NCBI GenBank assembly: GCA_029067895.1
Contig: JAIEDQ010000058.1
Span: forward strand, 1,545 to 65,544
Source: Oscillospiraceae bacterium
Lineage (GTDB): Bacteria; Bacillota; Clostridia; Oscillospirales; Ruminococcaceae
Direction of reading: 5' to 3'
DNA: 64,000 nt
A model generated the notes under the pieces. That model ran no database searches. It saw only the letters and a program-made list of their open reading frames with translations, and was not told the origin of the DNA. Of this stretch, positions 35,835 to 45,164 are shown piece by piece. A program made the position numbers and the translations under genes. The first letter of the stretch is position 1. Every line of letters begins with the position of its first letter.

Positions 35835-36335
35835 ATGGAAAAAGATATGCATAAATTAATAATACTTCGCGGCAATTCGGGAAGCGGGAAAACCTCCGCT
35901 GCAAAGGAATTGCAGAAAAAATTCGGGAGAAATACAATGCTTATCTCACACGATATGATACGAATGGAAATGCTTTTTGCCAAAGACGAAGAAGCCTTGC
36001 CGCTGATTGCAAACCTGCTGAAATACGGCAGAAAAAATTCCGAAGTAACAATTCTGGAGGGTATTCTGGATTCCGAACAGTATCGTCCGTTATTTGAAAC
36101 TGCCGTCAGTGAGTACGGCGAAAATATTTTTGCGTACTATTACGACCTACCCTTTGAGGAAACCTTGCTGCGGCACGAAACAAAGCCGAACAAATCCGAT
36201 TTCGGCGAAGAGGATTTGCGCAGGTGGTGGAAAGAAAAGGACTTCATAGGGATAATTCCCGAAAAGATCATAACAAAGGATATGAGCCTTTCAGAGACCG
36301 TGGATATGATTTTTAACAATGTTTCCGGAGGATAA
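35835..36335 (+). CDS. P-loop kinase/ATPase (AAA_33-like)
   Basis: Walker A: LRGNSGSGKTS. Confidence 0.6.
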   Translation: MEKDMHKLIILRGNSGSGKTSAAKELQKKFGRNTMLISHDMIRMEMLFAKDEEALPLIANLLKYGRKNSEVTILEGILDSEQYRPLFETAVSEYGENIFAYYYDLPFEETLLRHETKPNKSDFGEEDLRRWWKEKDFIGIIPEKIITKDMSLSETVDMIFNNVSGG

Positions 36336-36338
36336 TCT

Positions 36339-36872
36339 ATGGTACTGCTTGTTATCGACGCGCAAAAGGATATCACAAACGACCGCCTGTATAGATTTCA
36401 CGAGTTTGTTTCCACCGTAAAAACGCTGATAAAAACGGCTCGCGAAAACAACATTGAGGTGATTTTCGCCCGCCATGACGACGGCGCAGGAACACCCATG
36501 ACAAAAGGTCTTGACGGTTTTGAAATTTACGAAGAGTTCGCTCCCGAACAGAACGAAAAAATATTTGACAAGCGGGCGAACAGTCCGTTCAGAAACACGG
36601 GGCTTGCGGAATATTTATCGGAAAAAGGTGAGACGGAACTGATTATAGCGGGACTGCAAACCGATTACTGCATTGACGCGGCGGTCAAGTGCGGCTTTGA
36701 ACGGGGATACAAAATAATTGTCCCGCAGCTTGCAAATACTACCTTTGACAACAGCTTTATGACCGCCGAAAAAAGCTGTGAATACTACAATAATTTTATC
36801 TGGAACGGCAGATACGCGGAGTGTATTTCCGCTGACGATACAATTTTAAAAATGAAAGGACTCCGAAAATGA
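36339..36872 (+). CDS. Isochorismatase-family cysteine hydrolase
   Basis: LLVIDAQKD, and a catalytic Cys context in [12 protein letters not shown]. Confidence 0.85.
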   Translation: MVLLVIDAQKDITNDRLYRFHEFVSTVKTLIKTARENNIEVIFARHDDGAGTPMTKGLDGFEIYEEFAPEQNEKIFDKRANSPFRNTGLAEYLSEKGETELIIAGLQTDYCIDAAVKCGFERGYKIIVPQLANTTFDNSFMTAEKSCEYYNNFIWNGRYAECISADDTILKMKGLRK

Positions 36873-38257
36873 AACGCACCGAACTTAAAAAACTGCATGA
36901 AAATCCCGAAAGCTTTTCCGAGACTGTTACGGTCTGCGGCTGGATTAAATCCCTCCGCACGGGCAAGGGTATAGCTTTTATTTCCATCTCCGACGGAAGC
37001 TGTTTTACCCCTGTTCAGGTTGTCGCCGAGGCTGACAAGCTTGCTAATTTTGAGGAAATTTCCAAGCTCAACACAGGCGCGGCGATAAGCGTTTCGGGAC
37101 GTGTAATAGCCACTCCCAACGCCAAGCAGAAATTTGAGATAAATGCCGATAAAATTGAGATAGAGGGAGTTTCCTCTCCCGATTACCCCTTGCAGAAAAA
37201 AGCCCACGGACTTGAATATCTCCGCACAATTTCTCATTTGCGTATGCGTACAAATACCTTTCAGGCGGTATTTAAAATACGCTCAGCGGCGGCTCAGGCT
37301 CTTCACAGATTTTTTTCGGAAAACGGCTTTGTGTACGCCCACACGCCCATAATTACCGCAAACGACTGCGAGGGCGCTGGAGAAATGTTCCGCGTTACTA
37401 CGATTGATCCTGATGATGCTCCCAAGAACGGCGATGGGCGTACCGACTATGCCGAGGACTTTTTCGGACAGCCCGCGTCTCTGACGGTTTCGGGTCAGCT
37501 TGAGGGCGAATGCATGGCAATGGCGTTCGGCAAGATCTATACTTTCGGACCAACGTTCCGCGCGGAAAAATCCTACACTCCCAGACACGCCGCCGAGTTC
37601 TGGATGATAGAGCCGGAAATTGCTTTTGCCGACCTTGAGGACGACATGGAGCTTGCTGAAAATATGCTGAAATATGTTTTAAACGCACTTCTGAAAGAGT
37701 GTCCCGCGGAGCTGGAATTCTGCAATAATTTTTACGACAAGGGACTGCTGGAAAGACTAAGGGCGGTGGCGGCTGCGGACTTTGCAAGATGTCCCTACAC
37801 AGAGGCGATCGAAATTCTTGAAAAGCACAAGGACGAATTTGAATACCCCGTATTCTGGGGCTGCGACCTCCAGACGGAGCATGAGCGGTATCTCACCGAA
37901 AAGGTATTCGGAAAGCCTGTTTTTGTCACCGATTATCCAAAGGAGATAAAGGCGTTCTATATGCGTCTGAACGACGACGGAAAGACCGTTGCGGCGGTCG
38001 ATCTGCTCGTCCCGGGAGTGGGCGAGCTTATCGGCGGAAGCCAGCGCGAGGAGCGTCTGGATATGCTGACACAAAGAATGTCCGAGCTTGGCTTGTCCGC
38101 GGAGGATTACAGCTGGTATCTTGATCTGCGGCGTTACGGCGGCGCTAAGCACGCTGGCTTTGGTCTCGGCTTTGAGCGTCTGATAATGTACGTTACGGGA
38201 GTTTCAAATATCCGTGACGTTATACCGTTTCCACGCACGGCGGGAAGCATTTACTAA
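36869..38257 (+). CDS. asnS: Asparagine--tRNA ligase
   Basis: Class IIb synthetase: an OB-fold N-terminus ([23 protein letters not shown]), motifs 1-3 and GGSQREER. 462 aa. ATGA overlap with the upstream gene. Confidence 0.93.
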   Translation: MKRTELKKLHENPESFSETVTVCGWIKSLRTGKGIAFISISDGSCFTPVQVVAEADKLANFEEISKLNTGAAISVSGRVIATPNAKQKFEINADKIEIEGVSSPDYPLQKKAHGLEYLRTISHLRMRTNTFQAVFKIRSAAAQALHRFFSENGFVYAHTPIITANDCEGAGEMFRVTTIDPDDAPKNGDGRTDYAEDFFGQPASLTVSGQLEGECMAMAFGKIYTFGPTFRAEKSYTPRHAAEFWMIEPEIAFADLEDDMELAENMLKYVLNALLKECPAELEFCNNFYDKGLLERLRAVAAADFARCPYTEAIEILEKHKDEFEYPVFWGCDLQTEHERYLTEKVFGKPVFVTDYPKEIKAFYMRLNDDGKTVAAVDLLVPGVGELIGGSQREERLDMLTQRMSELGLSAEDYSWYLDLRRYGGAKHAGFGLGFERLIMYVTGVSNIRDVIPFPRTAGSIY

Positions 38258-38285
38258 ACAAAACTTTATGAAAGGACTTGTTATT

Positions 38286-38501
38286 ATGAACGATCTCAAT
38301 GAAGTCATGGAAAATACGACAGTAAAAGTCAGAGACCTGCTGATCTATTTCGGCATCACCCTTGCGATAAGCGCGTTCATCAAGAAGATAAGCAAAAGGG
38401 AGGACGGCAGCGTTTTTCTCCATGCTTTAAGCTTGACAATGGGCTGGCTTGTGGGCAATGTCATCACGGGTTACATTGACGAAAATGCGGGAGATTGCTG
38501 A
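38286..38501 (+). CDS. Small two-TM membrane protein, hypothetical
   Basis: ATG behind AAAGGA. Two hydrophobic segments. Its stop overlaps the start of the next gene. Confidence 0.4.
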   Translation: MNDLNEVMENTTVKVRDLLIYFGITLAISAFIKKISKREDGSVFLHALSLTMGWLVGNVITGYIDENAGDC

Positions 38502-39217
38502 TGAGAACCGAAATCCCCGAAAACAATTCGGGCTTCGATTATAAAAAAATACTCGGCGAATTTATTGATATGCTGAAAGAAAAACAGGGCGGAAATCTGC
38601 TGTCCGTTTACCTTTCGGGAAGCTATGCAAGAGGCGACGGCGGGAAAAATTCCGATTTGGATGTGTTTTGTATTTTCGGCAAAATAAACGCAGACGTTCT
38701 TTCGGACGTTGGCTTTTGCGCAAGGAATACTTCTGTAGCATACGAAAGCGTTGAAATAAATTCTCAATGTATGTCTTTGGCAGAATTTAAAAGCGACGAA
38801 TTCAACGCATGGTCGGAGCGTTCCGTCCGCTCCCTTGACAGTGTTCTGCTTTACGGCGAGGACTTATGCGGCGTACCGAACAAAGACGATATCAAGGCGA
38901 TATATAAAAAATATACTGCGGAAATCATAATGAGTATCCGTCACTATATTTCTGTTGACGAACCGAAAGAAAAGCTTACTCACGGAAAAATAAAAACGTA
39001 TATTTTAAAACCGCTTTTGTTTGCGCTAAGGCTTGAAATTTACTGCAAAAAGGATATTTTTCCATTGTCGGAAAAGGAACTGCTTGAAGCCTGCGACGAC
39101 GACAGAAAATTTCTTGCCGAATATTTTTACGACAAAGAAAAATTTGACAAGGATATTTCGGAAAACCACAAAGGCGTTTTTGAGAAAATACATTCGGCGG
39201 TATGTTCAATGCTTTGA
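38495..39217 (+). CDS. Nucleotidyltransferase-domain protein (MNT/aminoglycoside-NTase-like N-terminus plus helical C-terminal domain)
   Basis: GSYARGDGGKNSDLDV is the pol-beta NTase signature (GS...D.D). Confidence 0.65.
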   Translation: MLMRTEIPENNSGFDYKKILGEFIDMLKEKQGGNLLSVYLSGSYARGDGGKNSDLDVFCIFGKINADVLSDVGFCARNTSVAYESVEINSQCMSLAEFKSDEFNAWSERSVRSLDSVLLYGEDLCGVPNKDDIKAIYKKYTAEIIMSIRHYISVDEPKEKLTHGKIKTYILKPLLFALRLEIYCKKDIFPLSEKELLEACDDDRKFLAEYFYDKEKFDKDISENHKGVFEKIHSAVCSML

Positions 39218-39243
39218 TACCGCTGTAGGATAAGGTGATCTGT

Positions 39244-39843
39244 ATGATGACAATTCTTTACACGGTGGAGGATAAGCTTTACATCAACCTCACCAACAAA
39301 TGCCCCTGTAACTGCACGTTCTGTATCCGCCAAAACGGCGAGGGCGCATACGGCTCGGACAGCCTCTGGCTTGACCGCGAGCCTACGGTGGACGAGGTTC
39401 TTGACGAGCTTGAAAAGTACGATATGTCGAAATTCAAGGAAGTTGTTTTCTGCGGCTACGGCGAGCCTATGGAGCGCGCCGAGGACGTTGGCTATATCGG
39501 GCGCTATATCAAGGACAATTTTAAAATTCCCGTTCGCCTGAACACAAACGGTCTGGGGGACAAGATCTGGGGCGAACCTACGGCAAAGGTGCTGGAGGGT
39601 GCGGTGGATATTGTTTCGGTGTCCCTTAACCAGTGCAGCAGGGAAAAGTACAACGAGGTGACACGCCCCAAGTGGGAGGACGCTTTCGACGCCATGATAT
39701 CCTTTGCGGCGGACTGCAAAAAGTACGTCCCCAAGGTAATGTTTACGGTGGTGGACGTTATCCCCATGGAGGATATAAGCCGCTGCAAGGCGCTTGCCAT
39801 GTCGCTGGGGATAGAGCTTCGTGTACGCAAATATGACAGTTAA
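39244..39843 (+). CDS. Small radical SAM protein (recalls the 'TatD-associated' radical SAM family)
   Basis: CPCNCTFC gives the CxxxCxxC cluster near the N-terminus. About 200 aa. Confidence 0.75.
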   Translation: MMTILYTVEDKLYINLTNKCPCNCTFCIRQNGEGAYGSDSLWLDREPTVDEVLDELEKYDMSKFKEVVFCGYGEPMERAEDVGYIGRYIKDNFKIPVRLNTNGLGDKIWGEPTAKVLEGAVDIVSVSLNQCSREKYNEVTRPKWEDAFDAMISFAADCKKYVPKVMFTVVDVIPMEDISRCKALAMSLGIELRVRKYDS

Positions 39844-39873
39844 GTCGGAAAAATAATTTCAGGTGATTTGATT

Positions 39874-40284
39874 ATGAAAAAGAATCTTGAAAAACTGTAT
39901 GGTGATTTTAAAAAAGCCGTAGAAAATTTTCAAGCTGTACGAGACATCAAAAATCCCTGTTTGGTCGTGTCGCAAGCAGGTATAATAAAATTGTTTGAAA
40001 TTTGCTGCGATTGCACATATATTTTCTTAAAAAGCTTTCTTGAATATCAAGGGTATTTTCTTCCCGTAACAGCTTCTCCGCAAATGGTTGTTGATACTGC
40101 TTGTGATTGCGGATTAATTACTGACAGAAGCCTATGGCTGGATATCCTCGAAACAAGAAACACCCTTGCACACATCTATGACGAGGAACTTGCGCTTGCC
40201 GCTATCAAAAAAATATTGTCGGAATATATTCCCGCATTTGAGGAATTAAAGAAAAGCATAGACGAAAATTGGCTGAACTCATAA
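39874..40284 (+). CDS. HEPN-domain protein of the HI0074 'nucleotidyltransferase substrate-binding' family
   Basis: RNTLAHIY matches the Rx4HxY HEPN motif. About 136 aa. ATG behind AGGTGA. Confidence 0.7.
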   Translation: MKKNLEKLYGDFKKAVENFQAVRDIKNPCLVVSQAGIIKLFEICCDCTYIFLKSFLEYQGYFLPVTASPQMVVDTACDCGLITDRSLWLDILETRNTLAHIYDEELALAAIKKILSEYIPAFEELKKSIDENWLNS

Positions 40285-40311
40285 AAATTTATTATAAAGG
40301 AGAACTCAAAA

Positions 40312-41325
40312 ATGGCAAATGAATTTTACGCAAGAAAAGCAGACCACAAGGGTATCGAAGCGGTGGAGCTTGCCGCGGGAGGCTATTATGCGGTAGTCGC
40401 TCCGCAGATCGGCAGCAACGTCCTGAGACTGCGGAACAACGACATGGGCATTGAGGTTTTCCGCTACAGCGACGACGTTAGCATTGCGGAGATAATGAAC
40501 TCCACCGAGGTGTGGGGACTTCCCACGCTGTATCTGCCCAACCGTTTTGACGGCGGTCTGCTGAAAACCTCCGACGGCGAGTATCATCTCCCCGTAAACG
40601 AGGGCAAATTCGGCAATCACCTCCACGGCTTTTTGCAGAAGCGCGCCCACAAAATAAAGGCTCTTGCCGCCGAGGACGGAAAGGCTTACGTCACCACGGA
40701 ATATGTTTACGACGAAAACGACTTTTTCTACACCTGTTTCCCCATAAAATTTACTGCGGAAATAACTATCGAGCTTTCGGAAAAAGGCATGAAGCACACT
40801 ATCTCCCTGAACAACAATTCCGACAAGATGATGCCGATCTCAATCGCCACACACACCACCATAAACGCTCCCTTTGTTGACGGCGGCAAACTGGAAAATA
40901 TCCGTCTGCAAGTCCCCGCGGTAAAGAAGATAAACTTCAACAAGCGCAGATGGCTTCCCGACGGCACAGTGTCGGAGCTTGACAAGCACGACAAGGAATA
41001 CATAAAGGGTAAAGTCCCCGTGCTGAAAAATATCTGCAACGATATGTACTTCGGCGGAACATTAAAGCTTGACGGCGAGGATTTCCACGGCTGCGTCATG
41101 ACCGATACCGAAAGCGGAAAAAGGCTTTGCTATGAGGCTGATGATCTCTATAAGTTCTGGATAGTATGGAACGACAAGGGCTTTAAGAATTATTTCTGTC
41201 CCGAGCCTATGACCGCGCAGGTAAACGCTCCCAATCTGGACATTCCCCGCGAGGAAAGCGGCTATGCGGAGATCGCTCCGGGCGGGAATTACACGGTTTC
41301 CCAGAGGTTCTTTACCAAGGCTTGA
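40312..41325 (+). CDS. Aldose 1-epimerase family protein
   Basis: Mutarotase-like blocks (GNHLHGFL, ATHTTINAPF, CPEPMT). Confidence 0.75.
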   Translation: MANEFYARKADHKGIEAVELAAGGYYAVVAPQIGSNVLRLRNNDMGIEVFRYSDDVSIAEIMNSTEVWGLPTLYLPNRFDGGLLKTSDGEYHLPVNEGKFGNHLHGFLQKRAHKIKALAAEDGKAYVTTEYVYDENDFFYTCFPIKFTAEITIELSEKGMKHTISLNNNSDKMMPISIATHTTINAPFVDGGKLENIRLQVPAVKKINFNKRRWLPDGTVSELDKHDKEYIKGKVPVLKNICNDMYFGGTLKLDGEDFHGCVMTDTESGKRLCYEADDLYKFWIVWNDKGFKNYFCPEPMTAQVNAPNLDIPREESGYAEIAPGGNYTVSQRFFTKA

Positions 41326-41348
41326 CCCTGCCCGAAAGGAGACTGCAT

Positions 41349-41534
41349 ATGAAAAAATATGAATATGTCAAGCTGAACATCGGGAAATTTATTGGAGCAG
41401 GGTCTAAGGAGCATCGGAAGATAATCGACGAGTATGCCGAAAAAGGCTACCGCTATGCGGGCTATATCCCTACCGATATTAACGATTACGGAAAGATAAG
41501 GGAAATGGATCTGATCTTTGAGAAAGACAAATGA
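41349..41534 (+). CDS. DUF4177-like small protein
   Basis: MKKYEYVKL...IIDEYAEKGYRYAGYIP pattern. RBS AAAGGAG. Confidence 0.55.
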   Translation: MKKYEYVKLNIGKFIGAGSKEHRKIIDEYAEKGYRYAGYIPTDINDYGKIREMDLIFEKDK

Positions 41535-41566
41535 TATCCTTTCCGCCAAACAAAAGGAGGGTACTT

Positions 41567-42109
41567 ATGAAATTGATGTTTGCCTCCGATATCCACGGAG
41601 ACGCGGACTGCTGCGAGAAAATGCTGAAACGCTTCGACGAGGAAAAAGCGGACAAGCTTTTCCTGCTGGGGGATATTTTGTATCACGGTCCGAGGAACGA
41701 CCTGCCGAATGGTTACGCGCCGAAAAAGGTCATTGAAATGCTTAACGAACGTCGGGAAAGCCTGCTCTGCGTCCGCGGAAACTGCGATACCGAGGTGGAC
41801 CAGATGGTGCTGACATTCCCAATTATGGCGGAATATGCCATGCTCTGGCTTGACGGCAGGACGGTATTTCTCACCCACGGACACATATACAACACCGAAA
41901 ACCCGCCCGCACTTTCCCGCGGAGATATTCTTCTCCACGGACACACCCACATTCAGACCTTTGACGACAGCAGGGACTATATCTACATGAACCCGGGTTC
42001 GGTATCTCTCCCCAAGGAAAACAACCCCAAGACCTATATGGTGTACGAGAACGGCGTGTTCACTGTCCGCACTCTTGACGGCGCAGATGTGAATTGTTAC
42101 AGGCTATAG
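41567..42109 (+). CDS. YfcE/MJ0936-family metallophosphoesterase
   Basis: SDIHGD, LGDILYHGPRN, GNCD and THGH motifs. Confidence 0.85.
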   Translation: MKLMFASDIHGDADCCEKMLKRFDEEKADKLFLLGDILYHGPRNDLPNGYAPKKVIEMLNERRESLLCVRGNCDTEVDQMVLTFPIMAEYAMLWLDGRTVFLTHGHIYNTENPPALSRGDILLHGHTHIQTFDDSRDYIYMNPGSVSLPKENNPKTYMVYENGVFTVRTLDGADVNCYRL

Positions 42110-42153
42110 ACAATTTGTTACTGGATTGTCACTATTTGTCACCGTATTGTTCA
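42091..42153 (+). promoter_or_regulatory. Five helically phased direct repeats, ATT(T)GT(T/C)(C)AC, immediately upstream of the -35
   Basis: AATTGTTAC (ends 42100), ATTTGTTAC (42121), ATTGTCAC (42131), ATTTGTCAC (42141), ATTGTTCAC (42153). Spacing is 21, 10, 10 and 12 bp. Confidence 0.45.
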
Positions 42154-42163
42154 CGATATTTTC

Positions 42164-42192
42164 TTGACATTATCTAAATTTAGTGTTAGAAT
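42164..42192 (+). promoter_or_regulatory. Promoter (TTGACA-17-TAGAAT) of the Big_2 surface-protein gene
   Basis: TTGACA at 42164-42169, TAGAAT at 42187-42192. Confidence 0.6.
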
Positions 42193-42238
42193 AAGTTTAC
42201 AACATAAAATAATTCTGAAAGAAACGGAGGAATTCAAT

Positions 42239-43990
42239 ATGAAAAAAACCTTTAAATCACTGCTCAGCATTTTCTTAGCAGTATTTATGGTCGTATCACT
42301 CATGGCTGTTCCGTCAAGCGCGGCAGCAAAGCTCAGCAAAACGTCCGTTACCGTTACAAAGGGTTATCAGACTACCCTTACGGTTTCAGGCGCTTCAAGC
42401 GTAACATGGTCTACAGGCGACAAGTCCATCGCTACCGTGTCAAAGGGCAAGGTAGTGGGCAAGGCTCCCGGCACCACCTATGTGTACGCCAAGGCAGGCG
42501 GCACTACCCTCAAATGCAAGGTGACTGTTGTTGCGGCTAAAATTACCGCCAGCTCCTCTGAGGTAGATCTTGACGCAGCAGGCGATTCGCAGATCGTTAC
42601 GCTGACCGTAAAGGGCTCTCACAGCGGACTCACCGTGGGCAGCACCAACAAGAGCGTTGCTTCCGCTTCATGGGTAAAGCCCGTTGAATGGAACGGCGAC
42701 AAGATCAAGGTCAAGATCACTGCAAAGGGCAAGGGTACTGCAAGAATTAAGGTTTACCTTAAAAAGTATCCCTCGACCTGCTACAAGTACATTGACGTAA
42801 ACGTTGGTGACAGCCTCTACGAGGACGACGATACCGACACAAGCACAACAAGCACCAACGCCAATATCGTTCCCCTTTCTCAGAGCGTAAGCGTAAATGC
42901 AAGCGCTACCGCTACTCTTCAGGTATACAGCACAGACCTCAAGAACCTGAACTTCTCTGTAAACAATTCCAGAATTGCTACCGTAACTGCGGGCACAACT
43001 TCCGGAAATTACAAGAATTTCACTGTTAAGGGCATTTCCGCAGGTACAACTACGGTAAGATTCTACGACAAGACCAATACCAAGAAGTATGTTGACGTGC
43101 CTATTACCGTAACAAACGATCTTAAGTATTACGAGCTGTATCCCACAAGACCTACATCTCTGCTGGCTTCGACGGATAAGATAATTACAGTAGCTGCAAA
43201 TACCTACACATCTTACTATATGCTGGTTCCCGTAAATTACGACCCCGCTTATGCGAATACCATTATTGCTCAGAAGCTTAACAAGTATTCGTACTATGAC
43301 GTTTACACGACGCTTCCCTCAAGGATTGCGGCTAACGACACCTATAAGGAGTTTACTCACTCGAATTACTCCTATAATTACGGTGCAAGATATGTACTGC
43401 TTCCTGCAAATTATGACAAGGTAAAGCTCAATACTGCTATTGCTAAGTACAATAACATATATGAGTACTATACCGTTTACAGCGAGAGACCCTCTACAAG
43501 TCAGAGCACATGGGACGATGTAAAGTCATGGAATGTTATTGACGCTTCCACAGGCAAGACGGTAACAAGATATATGCTTGTTCCTTACAATTACGATCAG
43601 GACAGAATTGACAAGATCATTGCTGACGATAAGGGCGCCAGCAATATGTACAACTACTACACTATCTACAACACTTACCCGACGGTAAATGCTCAGACAG
43701 ATGATGTTGTAATGTACACCAAGAGCGGCGCATGGAGATACATGGTCGTTCCCAAGAAGAGCGCTGACATTCTCAAGAGAAACGAAGCTATCAAGAACGA
43801 TACCGGCGTTTATGAACCGTACGTTATGTATGAGACTTCTCCTACAGCCAATACCGCAAACGGAGAGTATGTATTGGCGGCAGGATACGGAACAAAGACT
43901 GTTTATGTTCTCTGCAACTATCCGCAGGATTCCACCCAGCATCAGCTTGCATGGGCAAATATCAGCACAGCTCTTCCCAGAGGAAACTAA
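42239..43990 (+). CDS. Secreted protein with Ig-like (Big_2) domains and five C-terminal repeats of 53-63 aa
   Basis: Start at MKKTFKSLL behind ACGGAGG, with a signal peptide. Big_2-like blocks: VTVTKGYQTTLTV...TWSTGDKSIATVSKGKVVGKAPGTTYVYAK. Confidence 0.8.
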   Translation: MKKTFKSLLSIFLAVFMVVSLMAVPSSAAAKLSKTSVTVTKGYQTTLTVSGASSVTWSTGDKSIATVSKGKVVGKAPGTTYVYAKAGGTTLKCKVTVVAAKITASSSEVDLDAAGDSQIVTLTVKGSHSGLTVGSTNKSVASASWVKPVEWNGDKIKVKITAKGKGTARIKVYLKKYPSTCYKYIDVNVGDSLYEDDDTDTSTTSTNANIVPLSQSVSVNASATATLQVYSTDLKNLNFSVNNSRIATVTAGTTSGNYKNFTVKGISAGTTTVRFYDKTNTKKYVDVPITVTNDLKYYELYPTRPTSLLASTDKIITVAANTYTSYYMLVPVNYDPAYANTIIAQKLNKYSYYDVYTTLPSRIAANDTYKEFTHSNYSYNYGARYVLLPANYDKVKLNTAIAKYNNIYEYYTVYSERPSTSQSTWDDVKSWNVIDASTGKTVTRYMLVPYNYDQDRIDKIIADDKGASNMYNYYTIYNTYPTVNAQTDDVVMYTKSGAWRYMVVPKKSADILKRNEAIKNDTGVYEPYVMYETSPTANTANGEYVLAAGYGTKTVYVLCNYPQDSTQHQLAWANISTALPRGN

Positions 43991-44121
43991 TAACGTGCTG
44001 AACTATCTATAGAATTATCCCCGCTGTGCCTTAGTACAGCGGGGATAATTGCGTATAATACCTTGTATAAGATGATATAAAAAGCGGTCGGAAAGCTGTT
44101 TTCCGACCGCTTATATATTCT

Positions 44122-44631
44122 TTACTTTTTTGGGAAATTCGCTCCGCCGTTCTGGATAGTCTGCTGCGGGGGAATATTCTGTGCGGGAAGCGTCTTGATA
44201 GCCTGACGGGTCTTTCTTATGTCCGCAAGATTTGCCTGCAAGCATTCCTCCGAGCGCACGAGAACGTCGTCAATATATTTGTTGGCAACATTTTTTATTT
44301 CCTTTGCCTTGCCCTGCGCCTGATTGAGAATATCGGCTGCCCTTGCCTTAGCTGCCTTGGTTATCTCATCGTTGGACACAATGACCTTTGCCCTGTCCTC
44401 AGCGCGGCGTATAACGGCGTCGGCTTCTTTTGTGGCTTCGCTCATAATGGACTGACGGTCGCGCACGATAAGCTTTGCCTGCTTTATTTCCTGCGGAAGA
44501 TTAAGCCTGATCTCGTTTATGTAATCCCGCATCTGGTCGCAGTCGATAATGGATTTTTTTACCGAAAACGGGACTGACGCAGCGCTGTCGAGCAGGTCGT
44601 CCATCATATCAAGAATATCGTCAATAATCAT
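44122..44631 (-). CDS. Coiled-coil hypothetical protein (ATP synthase b/V-ATPase G-like helices)
   Basis: Good coding statistics and an A/K/E-rich helical sequence. The function is not recognisable. Confidence 0.5.
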   Translation of the reverse strand: MIIDDILDMMDDLLDSAASVPFSVKKSIIDCDQMRDYINEIRLNLPQEIKQAKLIVRDRQSIMSEATKEADAVIRRAEDRAKVIVSNDEITKAAKARAADILNQAQGKAKEIKNVANKYIDDVLVRSEECLQANLADIRKTRQAIKTLPAQNIPPQQTIQNGGANFPKK

Positions 44632-44657
44632 ATTTTACCATCCTTTCAGTAAAAGGG

Positions 44658-45164
44658 CTACTTCATTTCGTCCGGTTTTTTCCAGAGACGGGCTTTGATG
44701 TCTTCAAGAATGCACTGAGGTACAAAGTGGCTGATATCACCGCCAAAGGCTGCAATCTGCTTCACAACGCTTGAAGACAGATACATATTCTCCGCGCTTG
44801 TGGTGAGAAAGACCGTTTCCGCGCCGTCATAAAGTATCTTGTTAGCCAGAGCCATCTGAAACTCATATTCAAAGTCGGAGACCGCCCTGAGACCCTTTAT
44901 GATCGCGCAGGCGTTAACGCTTTTGACGTAATCCGCAAGCAGTCCGTCCCAGATGTCTATGACCACGTTGTCGATGTTCGCCGTGACCTTTTCTATCATT
45001 TTGACGCGTTCAACAGCGGTAAAGCTTGGATTTTTGACTGCATTTACCGACACCAGCACAATAACCTTGTCGAAAAGCTGAGAGGCGCGCTTAATAATGT
45101 CTCTGTGTCCGAATGTGACCGGGTCAAAGCTTCCCGGGCAAACTGCTATTCTCCTGTTGCTCAT
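44658..45164 (-). CDS. coaD: Phosphopantetheine adenylyltransferase
   Basis: AVCPGSFDPVTFGHRDII...; 168 aa. Confidence 0.95.
   Translation of the reverse strand: MSNRRIAVCPGSFDPVTFGHRDIIKRASQLFDKVIVLVSVNAVKNPSFTAVERVKMIEKVTANIDNVVIDIWDGLLADYVKSVNACAIIKGLRAVSDFEYEFQMALANKILYDGAETVFLTTSAENMYLSSSVVKQIAAFGGDISHFVPQCILEDIKARLWKKPDEMK

Noticed and set aside
39244-39843. Functional link between the 'TatD-associated' type radical SAM gene and tatD
   Set aside because: tatD (55154..55927) is 15 kb away on the opposite strand, so there is no neighbourhood support in this window.
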